Source: Macrostomum lignano (lineage: Eukaryota). Taken from it: 64,000 nt of DNA. The DNA lies in the NCBI GenBank assembly GCA_002269645.1, contig NIVC01001090.1, forward strand, positions 1 through 64,000, read 5' to 3'. Position numbers and translations under genes: made by a program. The notes under the pieces are model-generated. The model was not told where the DNA came from and searched no databases. It worked only from the letters and a program-made list of their open reading frames with translations. Every line of letters begins with the position of its first letter. The first letter of the stretch is position 1. Shown one piece after another: positions 25,156 to 37,840 of this stretch.

Positions 25156-25345
25156 GCCTACTGCCCCGAGATATTCGTGCTGGACTATGACATCGCTCGC
25201 CGATCTCAATCGAGCTCCGATGGCTCCATTGCTTCGAATCGCAGCTACCCGAATCACCGAGCCCTGCAGCAGCCGCAACGGTCGTCGAGGCAGCAGCAGC
25301 AGCAGCCACCTTTGCAGCAGCAAAACTTCGATTCGCCTCGTCAAA
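25156..25345 (+). CDS. SPATA1: SPATA1-like protein exon
   Basis: AYCPEIFVLD (cf. SPATA1 YALQPELYLL), then Q-rich; phase 0 to phase 1. Confidence 0.75.
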
Positions 25346-25584
25346 GTGAGTCATCCTAGAGAAACTGGTTCTCCGGTTTGCCTAAAAAACTGTATTTAGC
25401 TCGCTTTGCTGCTCAGTTGTCAAGGCTGATCAGGCATGGGGTGCGGCACTCTTTATGGCCAAGTTAATGTTAGCAATCTTCAGTCAGAACAGTGTGGCAC
25501 TCTTCTAAGTGGTCGACCTCACAATTAGCCGTCCTGACGATGAACGTTAGACTGCAATGCCTTTTTGGTCTCTCTAATTTTCAG

Positions 25585-25623
25585 CACAAAGAATGAGGCA
25601 TCACCAACGACTGAGCGAGACGA
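25585..25623 (+). CDS. SPATA1: SPATA1-like protein small exon
   Basis: TTTTCAG acceptor and GTGAGG donor, 39 nt, phase 1/1; no sequence conservation recognised. Confidence 0.55.
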
Positions 25624-26009
25624 GTGAGGCAGAAATGCGCCATTTTAAATTTTTTTAAGAAATAATTTTTAGCCGAGCTTATCGATTTTATGCTATGATG
25701 GCTTACTAATAATTTCCGTTTTCAATCACGCACAGTAGTAACGAATACCACATACAAGCTACCTTACTTTTGATTTTTAAAAAATCGATACTAAATTACA
25801 GGAGAAACTGTAGCAGTCTCTATGGAGACTAAATTTGCATAAATTGCTTATGCATTTTACCGCCGTTTTTTCATTTTTGGTTGTTCCGAATTTTTAACAC
25901 AAAACTGGTTTTAGATTTAGCTCCTGACCATTTTTTAGATCCCGAATTAATGAAACAGCCTCAGTGATTCTGTATTTCGGCTCCGTTTTATCCCGCTCTT
26001 TGTTTCTAG

Positions 26010-26126
26010 CCGTATATCACGGCAGGACGCCAAAGGTGGCGCACAAGGGCATCACTGGAGTGTACATCGGCCCCTACCCGATGCAGAGCTACCCGGGCCT
26101 CGGCTCGCGGCCCGGCACTGCCGACA
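26010..26126 (+). CDS. SPATA1: SPATA1-like protein exon (last one seen before the gap)
   Basis: TTTCTAG acceptor, GTAAGC donor, 117 nt, phase 1/1, open frame. Confidence 0.6.
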
Positions 26127-26759
26127 GTAAGCCAGAGATTATTTGCGGCCGATGGCAATGTACACTATTGGGCAGAGGGGAGACTTGGGTGTGCACATTG
26201 GAGTAGAGGGGTAAAGCGAAAGCTAAAATGCGCCCGAGGGAGAGGGATCGATAAAAACACACAGTTAGGGGGCAGAGGGGGAGAGACTCGGGCGTGCACG
26301 TTGGGTAGAGGGGTAGCGAAAGTTAAAATACACACTGAAGTTGGAGACGGATCGATAACAACACACAATGTACATTATTTAGGGCGGAAGGGAAAGAAAG
26401 GCAGATGGATGGAGACGGCAAAATTGAAAGTTGCACATCAACCAAGTGAGGTGGATTACATTGTACTTTAGGGACAGAGGGGAGAGATCTGGGGCCCATG
26501 CTATAGATTTAAGAGCAAAGAGTAAGGAGTTAGGAGTCAGGAGTGCTCCTAGCAAGGAGCGAATCGATTTGTGTGCTATAGAGTTCAAGAATCAAGAGTT
26601 AGGAGCTAGGAGTTGTTTTAAGGAGTGCAGCATAGGAGTGAGAGAGGAGTTCTAAGGAGTGTAAGGCGATTGGCTAAGGAGTCTGCCAATCTACGTGCTA
26701 TATTAAACTCCTAAATGTACGCACCTTAAGGAGTAATTATAGGAGCAATTCGTGAATTC

Positions 26760-27049
26760 AAACAATGCAAGCAAACCAAAAGTTGCGTTTGTTAAAGCGA
26801 TTGCGGCTCGAAAGGACGTGCACCTTTTCGGTGCCTTTTCGCCAACAATAACAAAAGCACTCAAGATTGAAATGTGGAGAGAGGTCATCCTTGAATGTCG
26901 CAAGAGTTGATTCTCATTGAGCCGAAAATCCTGACACAGTATTATATTCTTCAAAAAAGTTAATGCTCTGCTTAAATTGTCTGGGTCGTCGATCATTAGC
27001 TCCCTCATCGTCCGAGCCTAGCTCACTGTCCGAAAACATGAAAAAAGAA
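26760..27049 (-). pseudogene. Possible degenerate PIF/Harbinger transposase N-terminal fragment
   Basis: RRPRQFKQSINFFEEY then, after a frameshift, CQDFRLNENQLL resembles the R..F..R.NFF.......F...FRL pattern; has stops and frameshifts and abuts the gap. Confidence 0.35.
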
Positions 27050-27184
27050 NNNNNNNNNNNNNNNNNNNNNNNNNNNNNNNNNNNNNNNNNNNNNNNNNNN
27101 NNNNNNNNNNNNNNNNNNNNNNNNNNNNNNNNNNNNNNNNNNNNNNNNNNNNNNNNNNNNNNNNNNNNNNNNNNNNNNNNNNNN
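27050..27184. other. Assembly gap (135 N)
   Basis: Run of N. Confidence 1.
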
Positions 27185-27470
27185 TCCCACTCTTTCAATT
27201 AGCCACTTCATTCCCACTTTTCCATTAGCCTCTTTATTCTCACTCTTTCTATTAGCCTCTCCATTCCCACTTTTTCTATAGTCTCTTTATTCCCACTCTT
27301 TCTATTAGCCTCTCCATTCCCACTCTTTCAATTAGCCTCTCTATTCCCACTCTTCATATTTAGCCTCTTTATTCCCACTCTTCATATTTAGCCACTCTAT
27401 TTCAGTCTTCATATTTAGCCACTCCATCCCCCTCTTCATATTTAGCCATTTTTTCACTCTTTAAATTCAT
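27185..27470. repeat. Degenerate ~26-bp repeat (ATTCCCACTCTTTC.ATTAGCCTCT)
   Basis: Read directly. Confidence 0.8.
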
Positions 27471-28223
27471 ATTCCCACGTCTAAAGAAACCCAGGCGTCT
27501 TCTTTCTCTATCGTCTCTCTCTTTTCTCCTTAAGAAACGATTGTATCACTGAGCTTGCGTTGCTTTTGCGCAGTGCGCAATTCCGAAGGCTGAAGAAGTT
27601 TGGTTTGTTATTAGCCAAACAGTCAGGCAGTATGAGAGGGACTGCGTAGCAGAGGTGCTCAAAGAATTTCTGTGTCTAACAGGTTTTATTTTCCTGCTAT
27701 CTTCTGCTCACAAGCCAGAAAGACTTTCTAACTCACTGGCATCAAAGGGCCCTATTATGAGTGTGAGGCTCACATCTCCAACTCCTCTCTGTACCGCAAA
27801 TTATTCAAGACAGTGTATTTTATAGTCAAGCAAGCAAACTGGTTTAGTTGACAAAATGCAGAGCAATGCATAGTTTGAGCGGGGCAGGGTTATCGCTCGA
27901 GCAGTTTTTCTGTGTGCTGTTGTTAGGCAACCATATCACCCCAAAGCATTGCTGCGAGTCTACTGTGTCACGCGTTCGCAGGCTGCTGGCTTGGCCCTCA
28001 AACCTCGGCTTTTGTTATTTGTCTTTTAGTTTAGAGCTGGTCTGGCTGGATAGCCCGGTCGAGATGAGAGGAGGCCGTTGTTTGCTTCGATGTAAGCACA
28101 ATTCCAGTGCTTACACTCTGCCTTTCACGCATAAAAACTCGTGATACAGACGGCCTCCTATGCATTCCGAGAAATCCTTGTGAGCTTTTTGCAATCTCAA
28201 AACTTTCTGCTCGCGCAAAAACG

Positions 28224-29345
28224 ATGAGAACAAAGAATAACTTAATATCGCTAGCTGGCGCAGCAGCTGTCTTACTGACTGTAGCATACCTCGTTCGGCG
28301 CAGAAATTTCGCTGATTCTGACACACTGCCAGTTCTGAGCGATGTGCAGTTGATCAAAAACTGTCCCGCCTACAACGAGCTCCGCAGCGTCGACTTCACG
28401 AACCCCAGCCTGCGGCACCGGCTGTGTCAGGAGACGCCGGCCTATCATTTAGTCAGGGGCAAGTTTCTCCTGTGCGAGCTGAACAGGAACTTACCGCAGC
28501 AGATGTACACCATTGTCAGACAAGGGTCTCCTGTGGCCAATGTGACCCGAGCGATGGGCGGCGGCCGAATGCCGATATTTACCTTCGGCGCGGAGGACTT
28601 CATTTCTGGGGAGATGCTAAAAAAGAACGCCTGGGAAACTGGCGAAATTCGGACGATGCTCAACCTGTTAAAGCAGTTTCCGACAGACTCGGTAACGTTC
28701 CTTGACGTCGGCAGCAACGTCGGCATCTACAGCCTGCAGGCCAGAGAGCTCGGGTATCCCGTAGTGGCCATCGATGCAAACATTCGTGCATTGGCCAGGT
28801 TGCAAATGTCAGCGAAGAGGCTGGATTTGCTTGATGACAAACTGAAGCTCTTCTGGGGCTTCATCAGCGACGACGTGGCGGTCAAGCGAATCACTTGGAA
28901 CGCTGACGATTTTGGTTGCCACGCCGGAAGCGGCTCGGGTGCAGCGGCTGGCTGGAGACAGAAGGTTACGACAGCAATTGAGGACACTATTCCCGTGATG
29001 ACGGTCAGGGCGGACGAGCTTCGAGAACACATCAGCACCAAGAATGTGATCATCAAGATGGATATCGAGTCCGGTGAGCACCTGTTCATGAAGACTGGCG
29101 AAAAGCTGTTTAGAGAGCTCAACATCATGGCGCTGCAGATGGAGTTCTGGCGGAAGCTCACGGAGCCGCCGCAAGCGTCGAAATATTACAACTTTGTGAC
29201 TCACTTCATGACTTCCAGGAACTTCTCTCTGCTGTCCATGAGGACCTTCCAAGTGCAGAAAATCACCACATTTGGTGAATGGGACGGAATATGGATTAGA
29301 AACGACTTTTTGCCACGAGTTAAGAAAGAGATTCAGATGATTTAG
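28224..29345 (+). CDS. FkbM-family (Methyltransf_21-like) SAM-dependent methyltransferase with N-terminal signal-anchor, intronless, 373 aa
   Basis: TFLDVGSNVGIYSL (motif I), VVAIDAN, VIIKMDIESGE (KxDxEG-type motif); hydrophobic LISLAGAAAVLLTVAYLV followed by RRR. Confidence 0.85.
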   Translation: MRTKNNLISLAGAAAVLLTVAYLVRRRNFADSDTLPVLSDVQLIKNCPAYNELRSVDFTNPSLRHRLCQETPAYHLVRGKFLLCELNRNLPQQMYTIVRQGSPVANVTRAMGGGRMPIFTFGAEDFISGEMLKKNAWETGEIRTMLNLLKQFPTDSVTFLDVGSNVGIYSLQARELGYPVVAIDANIRALARLQMSAKRLDLLDDKLKLFWGFISDDVAVKRITWNADDFGCHAGSGSGAAAGWRQKVTTAIEDTIPVMTVRADELREHISTKNVIIKMDIESGEHLFMKTGEKLFRELNIMALQMEFWRKLTEPPQASKYYNFVTHFMTSRNFSLLSMRTFQVQKITTFGEWDGIWIRNDFLPRVKKEIQMI

Positions 29346-29457
29346 AGATTTAGAGATTTAGAGGTTAGAGATTTAGAGATTTAGAGATTAGAAGATTAGA
29401 AGATAGAAGAAAGAAGATTAGAAGATTAGAGGATTTAGAGATTTAGATGATTTAGAT
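29340..29457. repeat. (GATTTAGA)n-type simple repeat
   Basis: Read directly. Confidence 0.85.
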
Positions 29458-32400
29458 AAGGATGCTCAATGGGCCACTTTTACAGAAAAGTTTTCACTGG
29501 GTTTTGCATTGATATCTTGAAAGACTCTTGTGAGTCCCTTTTTATTGCTACTTTTTTAGTAAATTCGTGTGGGTTAATAACGTAACACGTGTCGTATATG
29601 TACGAGCCAGCTTCATATTTGTGCTGCCTGCATCCCTTTTTGGAAAGTTTCTGCATCAGCTTTCGCCCATCGTGGGATGTCAACTTCCATATTTCCGGAC
29701 CCGGACACCAATCCTCCACCCCATTTAAAGTTCCTGGATATTTTACTGCCTGCACCCGCTGCCAAGAGATTTGGAGAAAAAACTTTCCACCACCATTCAG
29801 TGAGGTCGATGCACCTCTCGAACATAGTGAGTACTTTCTTCCTTTAATTTTTTGTCTTGCCATGTGTTTAAAAAGCAAATGAAGTACAAGCTGAGTACAA
29901 ATCCATCATGCCAAGCGATGTAACTCAATCCAGTGTTTTGATAGCTCAGCTCAATGCAGTTGAAATTAAGTTTGTCTAAGTTGTGTGAATTTTTTACTCA
30001 ATTAAAGCTGATAAGCTGAATAATTTTTAACGGCCGTGTAATAAAAAATTATACTACTTTTTCTATGCTGTGCATAACATAATCGCCCTCCAAAATGAGT
30101 TATTAGTTAACCTTAATCCCCGTAAGACATCCTATCCTGCACCAATCCTGCACGGATTTTGTTATTTTTTTGTTTTTTGTTGCAGCCAAATAAATTTTCT
30201 GTTGGCTTTCCAACCCTGAGCAACAGCGGTTTGTTTCACGGCCAGTAAATTGTGGCTCGTTTTGTTTAACTAAAGCTAATTATATTTTCAACAGATGCTC
30301 CAACCTTTGATACCCTTTTCACTGTTTATGATGCAGTTAAGAACTCGTGTTTTGCGGATCTAATACTCGATATAATTTTTATCTATCTATCTATATGTAT
30401 CTATTTATTTATCATTAAAATTAATTTAAAAAATCCTGCCAAAATGCACCCGTGTATACAGTTTTGCTGGAATATATCACAAATAAGTGCAGCAAAAAGG
30501 CTCAGATATCATGATACGGTGATCTTACATCATGATATTCTTAGCCAAAATGCTGCAACAATAAGCCTCTTCACATTACCAATTACCAATATGAAGAGCC
30601 TCAATGTATCTAGTTGGGATTGTTTACGTGGCGTCGTTTTAAAAGTCTAAATGAAGCATATAATTTTCCTCCAGCATTAGCTTAGTAAGCTCCACTGTAG
30701 CACATGGCCTTGTGAATTATATGCTTATCTCGTATGCTTCCTTAAGTGAAATGCCAAAATGAGCATTATTGTATAAAATGGTGTTGCTTAACTGCATCAC
30801 TTTTAGCTATAGGGCGCAGATTAATATAAATTTATCACCCGTGTCAGCAGTTTATACGCGAATTCAGCACAATTTTAGGTACGATCACAACATGCATATC
30901 CTGCATGCTGGTTGCTTTTACTGCATGCTGGATACTCGTACATATTGCCTGCACAATGACAAACAAACTAGTGAAGTATAGTTGTTGTTGTTGGTGGTTT
31001 CTTATTTGTCTCAGGTGGCCTAGCCGTAGGTCTTGGAATCCCACCGCTGCCACCAATGAAGTGGTTGCTTGTACTTTGCTCGATAGCGTCTAGAGGTGTC
31101 CTAGCAGATCTTCTGGCTCCTGGTCGGTGACCTCCCGTTGGCGGCTTCTTAGAAAGTAGTTCTCGTAGCGTCGGTAGTGCTGCCACCAGCTTCACAGAGT
31201 CGCAGCCTTCGGTGAGGTGCTGAGCTCGTAGAAGCAAATAACTAAGACGAGAGAAAGAGACTCGCACTTCGTGCAGATTTAGCAGTTCCCGCGCAGAGGT
31301 GCGCACCGTCAGCAGTCCCTGCCGGCTCGTGCGGGGTGAGAGCGAAAGTGCTAGCGTCGGGCCATCTGAGCTGGCCTGCTAATTGATAGCAGGAGCAACG
31401 GAAGCAGGCACGCGCAAAGTCGGGAGTCTTGGAGTTTAAACTTTAGCACAAACTTGGCACACAAACTTAGAGTGTTCGCTAGACGAGGAGAACCGGTTTG
31501 GAGCTCTGGAACGGAGGAAACGGGCTAAGGAAAGGCAGAAACGCTTGTCTGAGCCAAGCCATGAGAGGGGCCGCATTTATAGCGAGGATCGATTGCACCA
31601 TAGCACGAAAGGCCCCCGCTGAGAGTCATAAGTGAGGCTTTTCATATCACCGATTCCAGAATCAGAATCGGTTCGAATCTTCCAAGAAAAACAGCAGTAT
31701 AACTATTTAATTTTGTTGTATGTTTGTCTGTCTTAACAGCCTCACTTTGCACAATTTTTCGGTTTCTTCTTGGCGATTGTCATACAATAATAAAAACTTT
31801 ACAGCACGTATCTCCCTCTAGTTCCACCAGTGAACGAGCCGAGCCCGGCGCCGCCGAAGGCGGCGTCGGGCGAGAGCGAGAGAACCCGAGGCCCCGCCAG
31901 GGGCCGAGGGCGAGTGAATAATTTCTACCCATGGCGCGCCGAAGGCCGACATGGGCTAGAAAGTATTTACCAGTAAATAAGTTAGACTCTAATGCATTTT
32001 GAAATTTCACGTTTTTCCGCCAAAAAATGCTCCTGTTTTGCAACCACTGCACCGATTGAGTTGAGTGAGGTGTCGATCGATAGAAAACTTTTAGATCTAT
32101 CGAATGAATGTACTTTTAAATGCAGAGATTTTTTAAATGAGCCGTAAAATAACTGGAAAGACGATTTTTTCAAAAGTGCTTCTAGGAGATCTCAAAATTC
32201 TGGTACACCTTACGAGATACAGCTTCGACATCTGAGGATCAAAGTTGTAAAACTAAATTTCCTACAAAATGGTATATGGCGCTTTGATTTATTTTGGTAT
32301 CTTTATGTAGTTTTGGTGGGTTTTTGGGTAAAAAATGACCCTCATATTATTATTTCCCCACTTTTTCCTACGAAGCTTTTTGAGTTTCGGCTTCAAAGCA

Positions 32401-33711
32401 GTGCATTTGGATGCGCAATGCAAATATCTACAAGTGTCTAAAGTTTTGTTTTCCTACGCTTCTGCAGTGCTGAGAAAATTGACAAAAATCGATTTTTCAA
32501 AAAATCACATGACTTTCGCATTATTGCTCATTATAATTTTGAGAACATGGTGCGAATAAGCCAATATCGAATTTCTATAGCGTAGTTGCTGTACTATATT
32601 GGTGTAAATTGCTGCCGTCTGCTTTCGCTGCTTTCGGATTGAAAAATCGATCAGAAATCGATAATTTGTGATTTTTGGCTGATTGGGTGTCAGAAAAATG
32701 GGTGATTAAAATTTTAAAAGAATGCTAGATCAAATGCGGATACTGCAACGAGTTGTACTAATGTCTGGCTAAAATTTACCAAGTTTTTGAGTGTCTGCAA
32801 CAAGTGCTCATGTGTCAAAAGTGATTGGAAATCGATCAGAGTAGTGATTTTTTAATATTTTGCTTGAAATCAGGCAAAATAACGCAATAGGACGACAATA
32901 TTTTTCTGAAATCTGATTTCCCACATAATGAGGCACATTTGTGTGCAATTTCTAGAGATTCGGTTCATTAGGTAAAAAATTATCGATAAAAAACTGAAAA
33001 CTTGATTTGTGACACTTTTGTTCCTTCCGGGGCTAAATAACCGGGAAATGGTAGGAATTTTGCACTGAAACCAATGCACAGTGTTCCAGACAGTTAATGT
33101 AACAAATTTATTCAGTTTCATAACCATTCGATGTTTTCTTCAGGTAAAAAACGCCTTTTTTGCACCAAAATTCATCCGATTAAGCTGCATACCGCTTTGC
33201 AAAATTTGCATTTGCATTCGATTGCTTGCACGTTGCATGTCTTTGGCGTTGGGCTGAGTTAAGCTGGTTAGAAAGGAAAGGAAAGGAAGGAAAAATCGTA
33301 GAATGTACACACACTCCCGTCCCTTCTAAGTGGGGGGCTGTGGCGTGAGGGCTTGGCGGCTTGGTTTGGAGGGCGTGTAATAGAGCTTCATTTGACTCGC
33401 GCACAGACCAAGGAAAATTAGATCGATAAACGGGTGGCACGTGATTAGAATTTCGTATTAAATTTAGCTCTTTAACTGCACATTTGAATTGCAAGCCCAG
33501 TACAAAGTTTGGCGGGGCAAGCTCCAAGTCACTACGTGTACAATCCTCCCCAGACTAAAAGGCTTATGTCCCTTATGAAGTAGCTATGTACAGTGTTTTG
33601 GAATGACTGTATTTATAGCTTTCTTTGCAAAATATAACCCTGCTACGCTCTGGAGTCATTAGAAATTTTTTTATATCGAGGCCTTCCAAAGCCTATTATA
33701 GAAGACTCGAT

Positions 33712-33890
33712 TCCAGCTCATGGCTGCGGGTCAGATGAGAGAGAAAGAGAATAGAGAAGAGATAAGACTAAAGAGAAGATAAGAGATAAAACGAGAGCTA
33801 GAAGCGAAAGGAGAGGAGAGGGGAGACTAGAGAGAGATTAGAGTGGAGAGAAACAGAACAGACAAAGGGAGAAAATGGGAGAAGTAGAGA
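33712..33890. repeat. Dispersed repeat copy (GCTGCGGGTCAGATGAGAG plus purine tract)
   Basis: Matches the copies at 5526 and 35856. Confidence 0.6.
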
Positions 33891-34643
33891 TTTACATTTT
33901 TATTGAGCTTCTCAAAGTTCTTTTTCATCGGTACAAAACTAGGTTTATCAAGTAGTATGAAGACCCACGTCTAAAAAGAAGCCCGTTCACTGGTGGCAAA
34001 AAGACGTGTGCGTCTTCATACTACTTGTTATGGAGACAAAAAGTTATACTTCACAAATTGGTTCTGGTTCTGGAACAAGGACAAGCAATATGAAAAGGCC
34101 CAGTGACTCTGTTGCTATTTTTAGCAACAAACAAGCGGGCCCTGCCTCAGAGGAGGCAAGGGGGGGTCTGGGCGCACGTGATCTCCCCATAAACACGAGC
34201 CCAGCGTACAATGATGAAATCATTGCACTTTGGACTAAAGAAGGAAGAAGGCCTTGTCATGTGACTGACTCACATGAGTCAGAAGGCACTCGTGACCGTG
34301 GGACCGGAAAACAGAAAGGCATTCCAAATTTGGAGATGCCCAAGAACGAAACAGAGGCAGGCCAGACCAAGCTGTCTTGGCACTGCAAAAAGGGAAAACG
34401 AGACAAAAGGGGGCAAACGAGGACAAACAGACAGACAGACAAACGGGCAGAGGACAGGCCAGAGGACAGGCGGGGGGGGGACAGGCAACTGCCCAGCGGC
34501 AGACAGAAGCCCGGGGCGAGGGCGAGGGCAACAGCTGACTAGTGCGGCGCCTAACTAAACTAGCGACTCACTACACTAGTACCGTCTAAATTCAATATTG
34601 TAGCCTAATCACAACTGAATAGTATTGCTTTCTATCTCTTCTC

Positions 34644-35220
34644 TCTAAATATAAAATCAAAACTCTGTCTGTCTGTCTGTCTGTGGACAATTTCGATCGC
34701 TATGGACTCCCAAACCGCTCAACCAAATTACACCAAACTTTACACCCACCCTAAACTTACTACGGAGAATGTCTTAGGCTACCTTTTAATTTCCTAGACT
34801 CAAGTCTTCCTACCTAAAAGTACAAAAAACTGCTCAAACGCGATTTTTTCACTAAATCCTCCATAGCGCCGCCTCCAGTTTTACCAATCCTCTTCAAATT
34901 TGACACGAACAATCTTCAACTATTTAGGCACAATCATGTAAACTTTAAAGTCTCAAAGTTAATCCTAAACAGCGCTGTGCACTTTTAAAGTTAGGCTGCT
35001 TTTTTCAGCGAGGCAGCCACCGCAACCTCCGCCCGCCTGCTTCTCTTTCCCGATCTGGGCCCAGATGTGTATAAGGTTTTCAAAGTTGACTAACTTTCAG
35101 CTGCCATAAGTTTGCTCCACGTAAAGCGATTGACTCTAAACTTGACACAATACTTCATTGAATCATTCTCTGTCTAAATGTAAAGTTTCAACTCTCTAAC
35201 TCAATCAGAACAGAAACTGT
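34644..35220 (+). mobile_element. Probable non-autonomous Helitron/Helentron-associated element (5' part); 3' end not located
   Basis: TCTAAATATAAAA, then (CTGT)n, then CGCTATGGACTCCCAAACCGCTCAACC...CACCAAACTTT: the usual HINE/DINE-like 5' layout. Confidence 0.45.
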
Positions 35221-35855
35221 AAGCATGTGAAGTTTGTCTGCTTTTTCTGTTGTTTGTGCCACTCACTCACTCATTCCCCCAGAGCCAGACGAAGGATCAG
35301 GCGATAGGACTGAATGTACATAGCAAATGTACAGTGTTTTGGAATAACTTTTTTATAGCCTCCTCGCACCCCGAGAGTGGAGAGGCTACGTTTAGCCATA
35401 ACAGTTTAATTAGTGAGAAATTCTAACCACTGCCCTCCCCTCCTCTGTATTGGCAAACTCTGCAGCAGTTTAACAGTGGATGGCAATTGGCAAATCGAGG
35501 GAATCCAGCAAAAAAGCGAAAGCGAAAAGCGATTTGTAAAAGCGAAAGGTTTATGAAAAGGCGATGCGATGCAATGCACAATGCAATACAACCCTACTAA
35601 ATTAGGCACACCCATGGAAATTTTAGGTTTCTTTTAAAGGTAGTGTGTAAATTTTAAATGGCCTCCTAAGAAATGCGTATTTCCTTGGTTGTTAGACTGA
35701 TGCAGACTGCAGTGGAGCTGAAAATATAAAAATTCCTTTCAGGGCTGCAAATTGGCAAGAAAGATGACGTGATCAAAGCATGAGAACAACGATGAGAGTA
35801 GTACGTCCCACAAACTGCCTTTCGAAGCAGGGATCGGCAGACTTTTACTTCAAAA

Positions 35856-36297
35856 GCCAGATAAAGAATCCAGCTTATGTGCGGGCCAGATGAGAGTGGA
35901 AAGGAGAAGGAATAGACTATTAGAAGAGAGGAGAGGCGAGAGGGGGATAAGAGAAAACATGGAAGATAAGAGGAGAGACAAGTGGTGAGGAGAGAGCAGA
36001 GAAGAAGGGAGGAAGAAGCGAGAGGAGGGGAGAAAGGAGGGAGAGGAAAGAGTAAATGTGAGAAGAGGGGAGAGATGAGACAGAGGATCGATGAGAGGAG
36101 AGTAAAGAAGAGTGAGAAGAGAGTAGAGATGAGAGAGCAGAAAGAAGATGACAGCGGGTCAAGAGGAGAGGAGAGATTAGAGAGGAGAGAGTAGAAAGGA
36201 TAGAGAAGAGAGGAGATTAGAGGGGAGAGGAGTGAGAAGAGAAGAGATAGAGATAAGAGAGGGGTGTAAGAAGAGGGGAGAAAGGAGAGATGAGATT
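35856..36297. repeat. Dispersed repeat copy with long purine-rich tract
   Basis: GCCAGATAAAGAATCC...GCGGGCCAGATGAGAG, then an AG-rich tract. Confidence 0.65.
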
Positions 36298-36425
36298 AGT
36301 AGTAATAGAAAATTACGTCCATACCACATTTTTCAATTGCAAAACACGTAATAAGGTACCCGTCAGAAATTTTATTACGCACATACCTTATTTTTCTATT
36401 AAAAATCAAGTAGTAAGGTACCGGA

Positions 36426-36569
36426 CCAAATGGTAGAGTATTCTACAGGAATTTCAACTACACGGCACAGTACCCACAAAGAATTCAAAAGAAGAAAAGA
36501 TCTCAATTTCGATCAACCAAGCAACTTGTCCAAAAAGATACCGAACCAAATGGTAGGGTATTCTACAGG
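36426..36569. repeat. 120-bp tandem repeat whose second unit is the insertion target; the remainder resumes at 47864-47960
   Basis: Unit 1 GTATTCTACAGGAATTTCAACTACAC...; unit 2 reads GTATTCTACAGG | element | TACAGGAATTCCAACTACAC... Confidence 0.9.
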
Positions 36570-36639
36570 ACTACTAAGGGCCGGCAGATCCGGGCGTTTT
36601 TGGAGGTGGGGTGGGTGTCAACCCACCTCGCTTCTCATT

Positions 36640-37020
36640 GGCGCGCGCGCCGCAGGCGCGTGGCGCCAAGCGCCAATCAGGCGCCCATGCCGCAGGCGCA
36701 CTGCACCCTCCCGATATGTGCACCCTCCCGAGCCGCAGGCGACCCTCCCGATATGTATGCCGCAGGCGCCCATGCCGCAGGGGTACCCTCCCGACATGTA
36801 TGCGCACTCCCGATATGTACCCCGATATGTATGCCCTCCCTCCAGAGCAGCAGGCGCCCATGCCGCAGGCGCTCCACTCTCCCAAACCGCAGGCACTCGA
36901 GTGTACACTCTCCCAAACCGCAGGCATCCGAGTGTACACTCTCCCATGCCGCAGGCACCCCGAGTGTACACTCTCCTCAGTACACTCTCCCCAGTACACT
37001 CTCCCGATATGTATGCATAC
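36640..37020. repeat. Subterminal repeat array (CGCAGGCGCCCATGCCGCAGG, CTCCCGATATGT, palindrome GAGTGTACACTC); mirrored at 47413-47793
   Basis: Read directly. Confidence 0.85.
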
Positions 37021-37840
37021 ACAGATATGTAGTCAATGATATTAGGCTAGTGAAAACTACTTATAGTAGGTGAAATTGTGTATATTTACATAAAAATAGT
37101 AGGCAAAACATATTGGTAGGTGTAAATAATGGTGCATAATGCATATTAAAATGTACATATTGATGCATATGAGCAGCAAAAAACACACCATGTAGGTGCA
37201 TATTATATTGACAGAAATAGACAAAGCAGGTACATATCGCATTATTAGTGTAGTAGGCGCTAATAAAACATAGGCGGAAATACACACAGTATAATGCAGG
37301 TGCATACATACACAAAATGTAGGTGCAAATTGAGTATAATACAGGAAAATTACATAGCATATAATGTAGGCAGATTTTAAACATTTTGCATATTAACCCG
37401 CAGGCACAAATTTCAATGCATAGGATAAAATACACACACTGGAAGTTAAGTATAATACAACATATGCATGCAAAATTAAGCATATAATGTAGGTGCAAAG
37501 TAAAATATCCAGCCCAGGATATTCGAGACACGCCCCCAGAGCCAGGGCCGGGGATCCCAATGTACAGTGCGGGCAGAGTAACATAGAGAAATTCAATTCC
37601 TCCCCAGGGCCGGGGGATCCCAATGTACAGTGCGGGCAGAGAGGAGTAACAGAGACCGCCCCAATGCACAGTGGAGGTAGCAGACCGCATACAAAGAGAA
37701 TTCTCCCCAGGGGAGCTTCCAAATAGGTTTTATTATCTCAAGTGCCGCGCAGACAGGGAAAATCACGTACAGGGAGAAAAAACCGCAAACCCCAGTAAAC
37801 CTCCAGCCGCTCCTCAGTGTTGTTTCATGCCGCCTCCTCC

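Noticed and set aside
29613-29825. Protein-like 70-aa ORF (FERCIDLTEWWW...KWGGGLVSG)
   Set aside because: No family recognised, no clear splice signals, stops on both sides; possibly a decayed transposon fragment.
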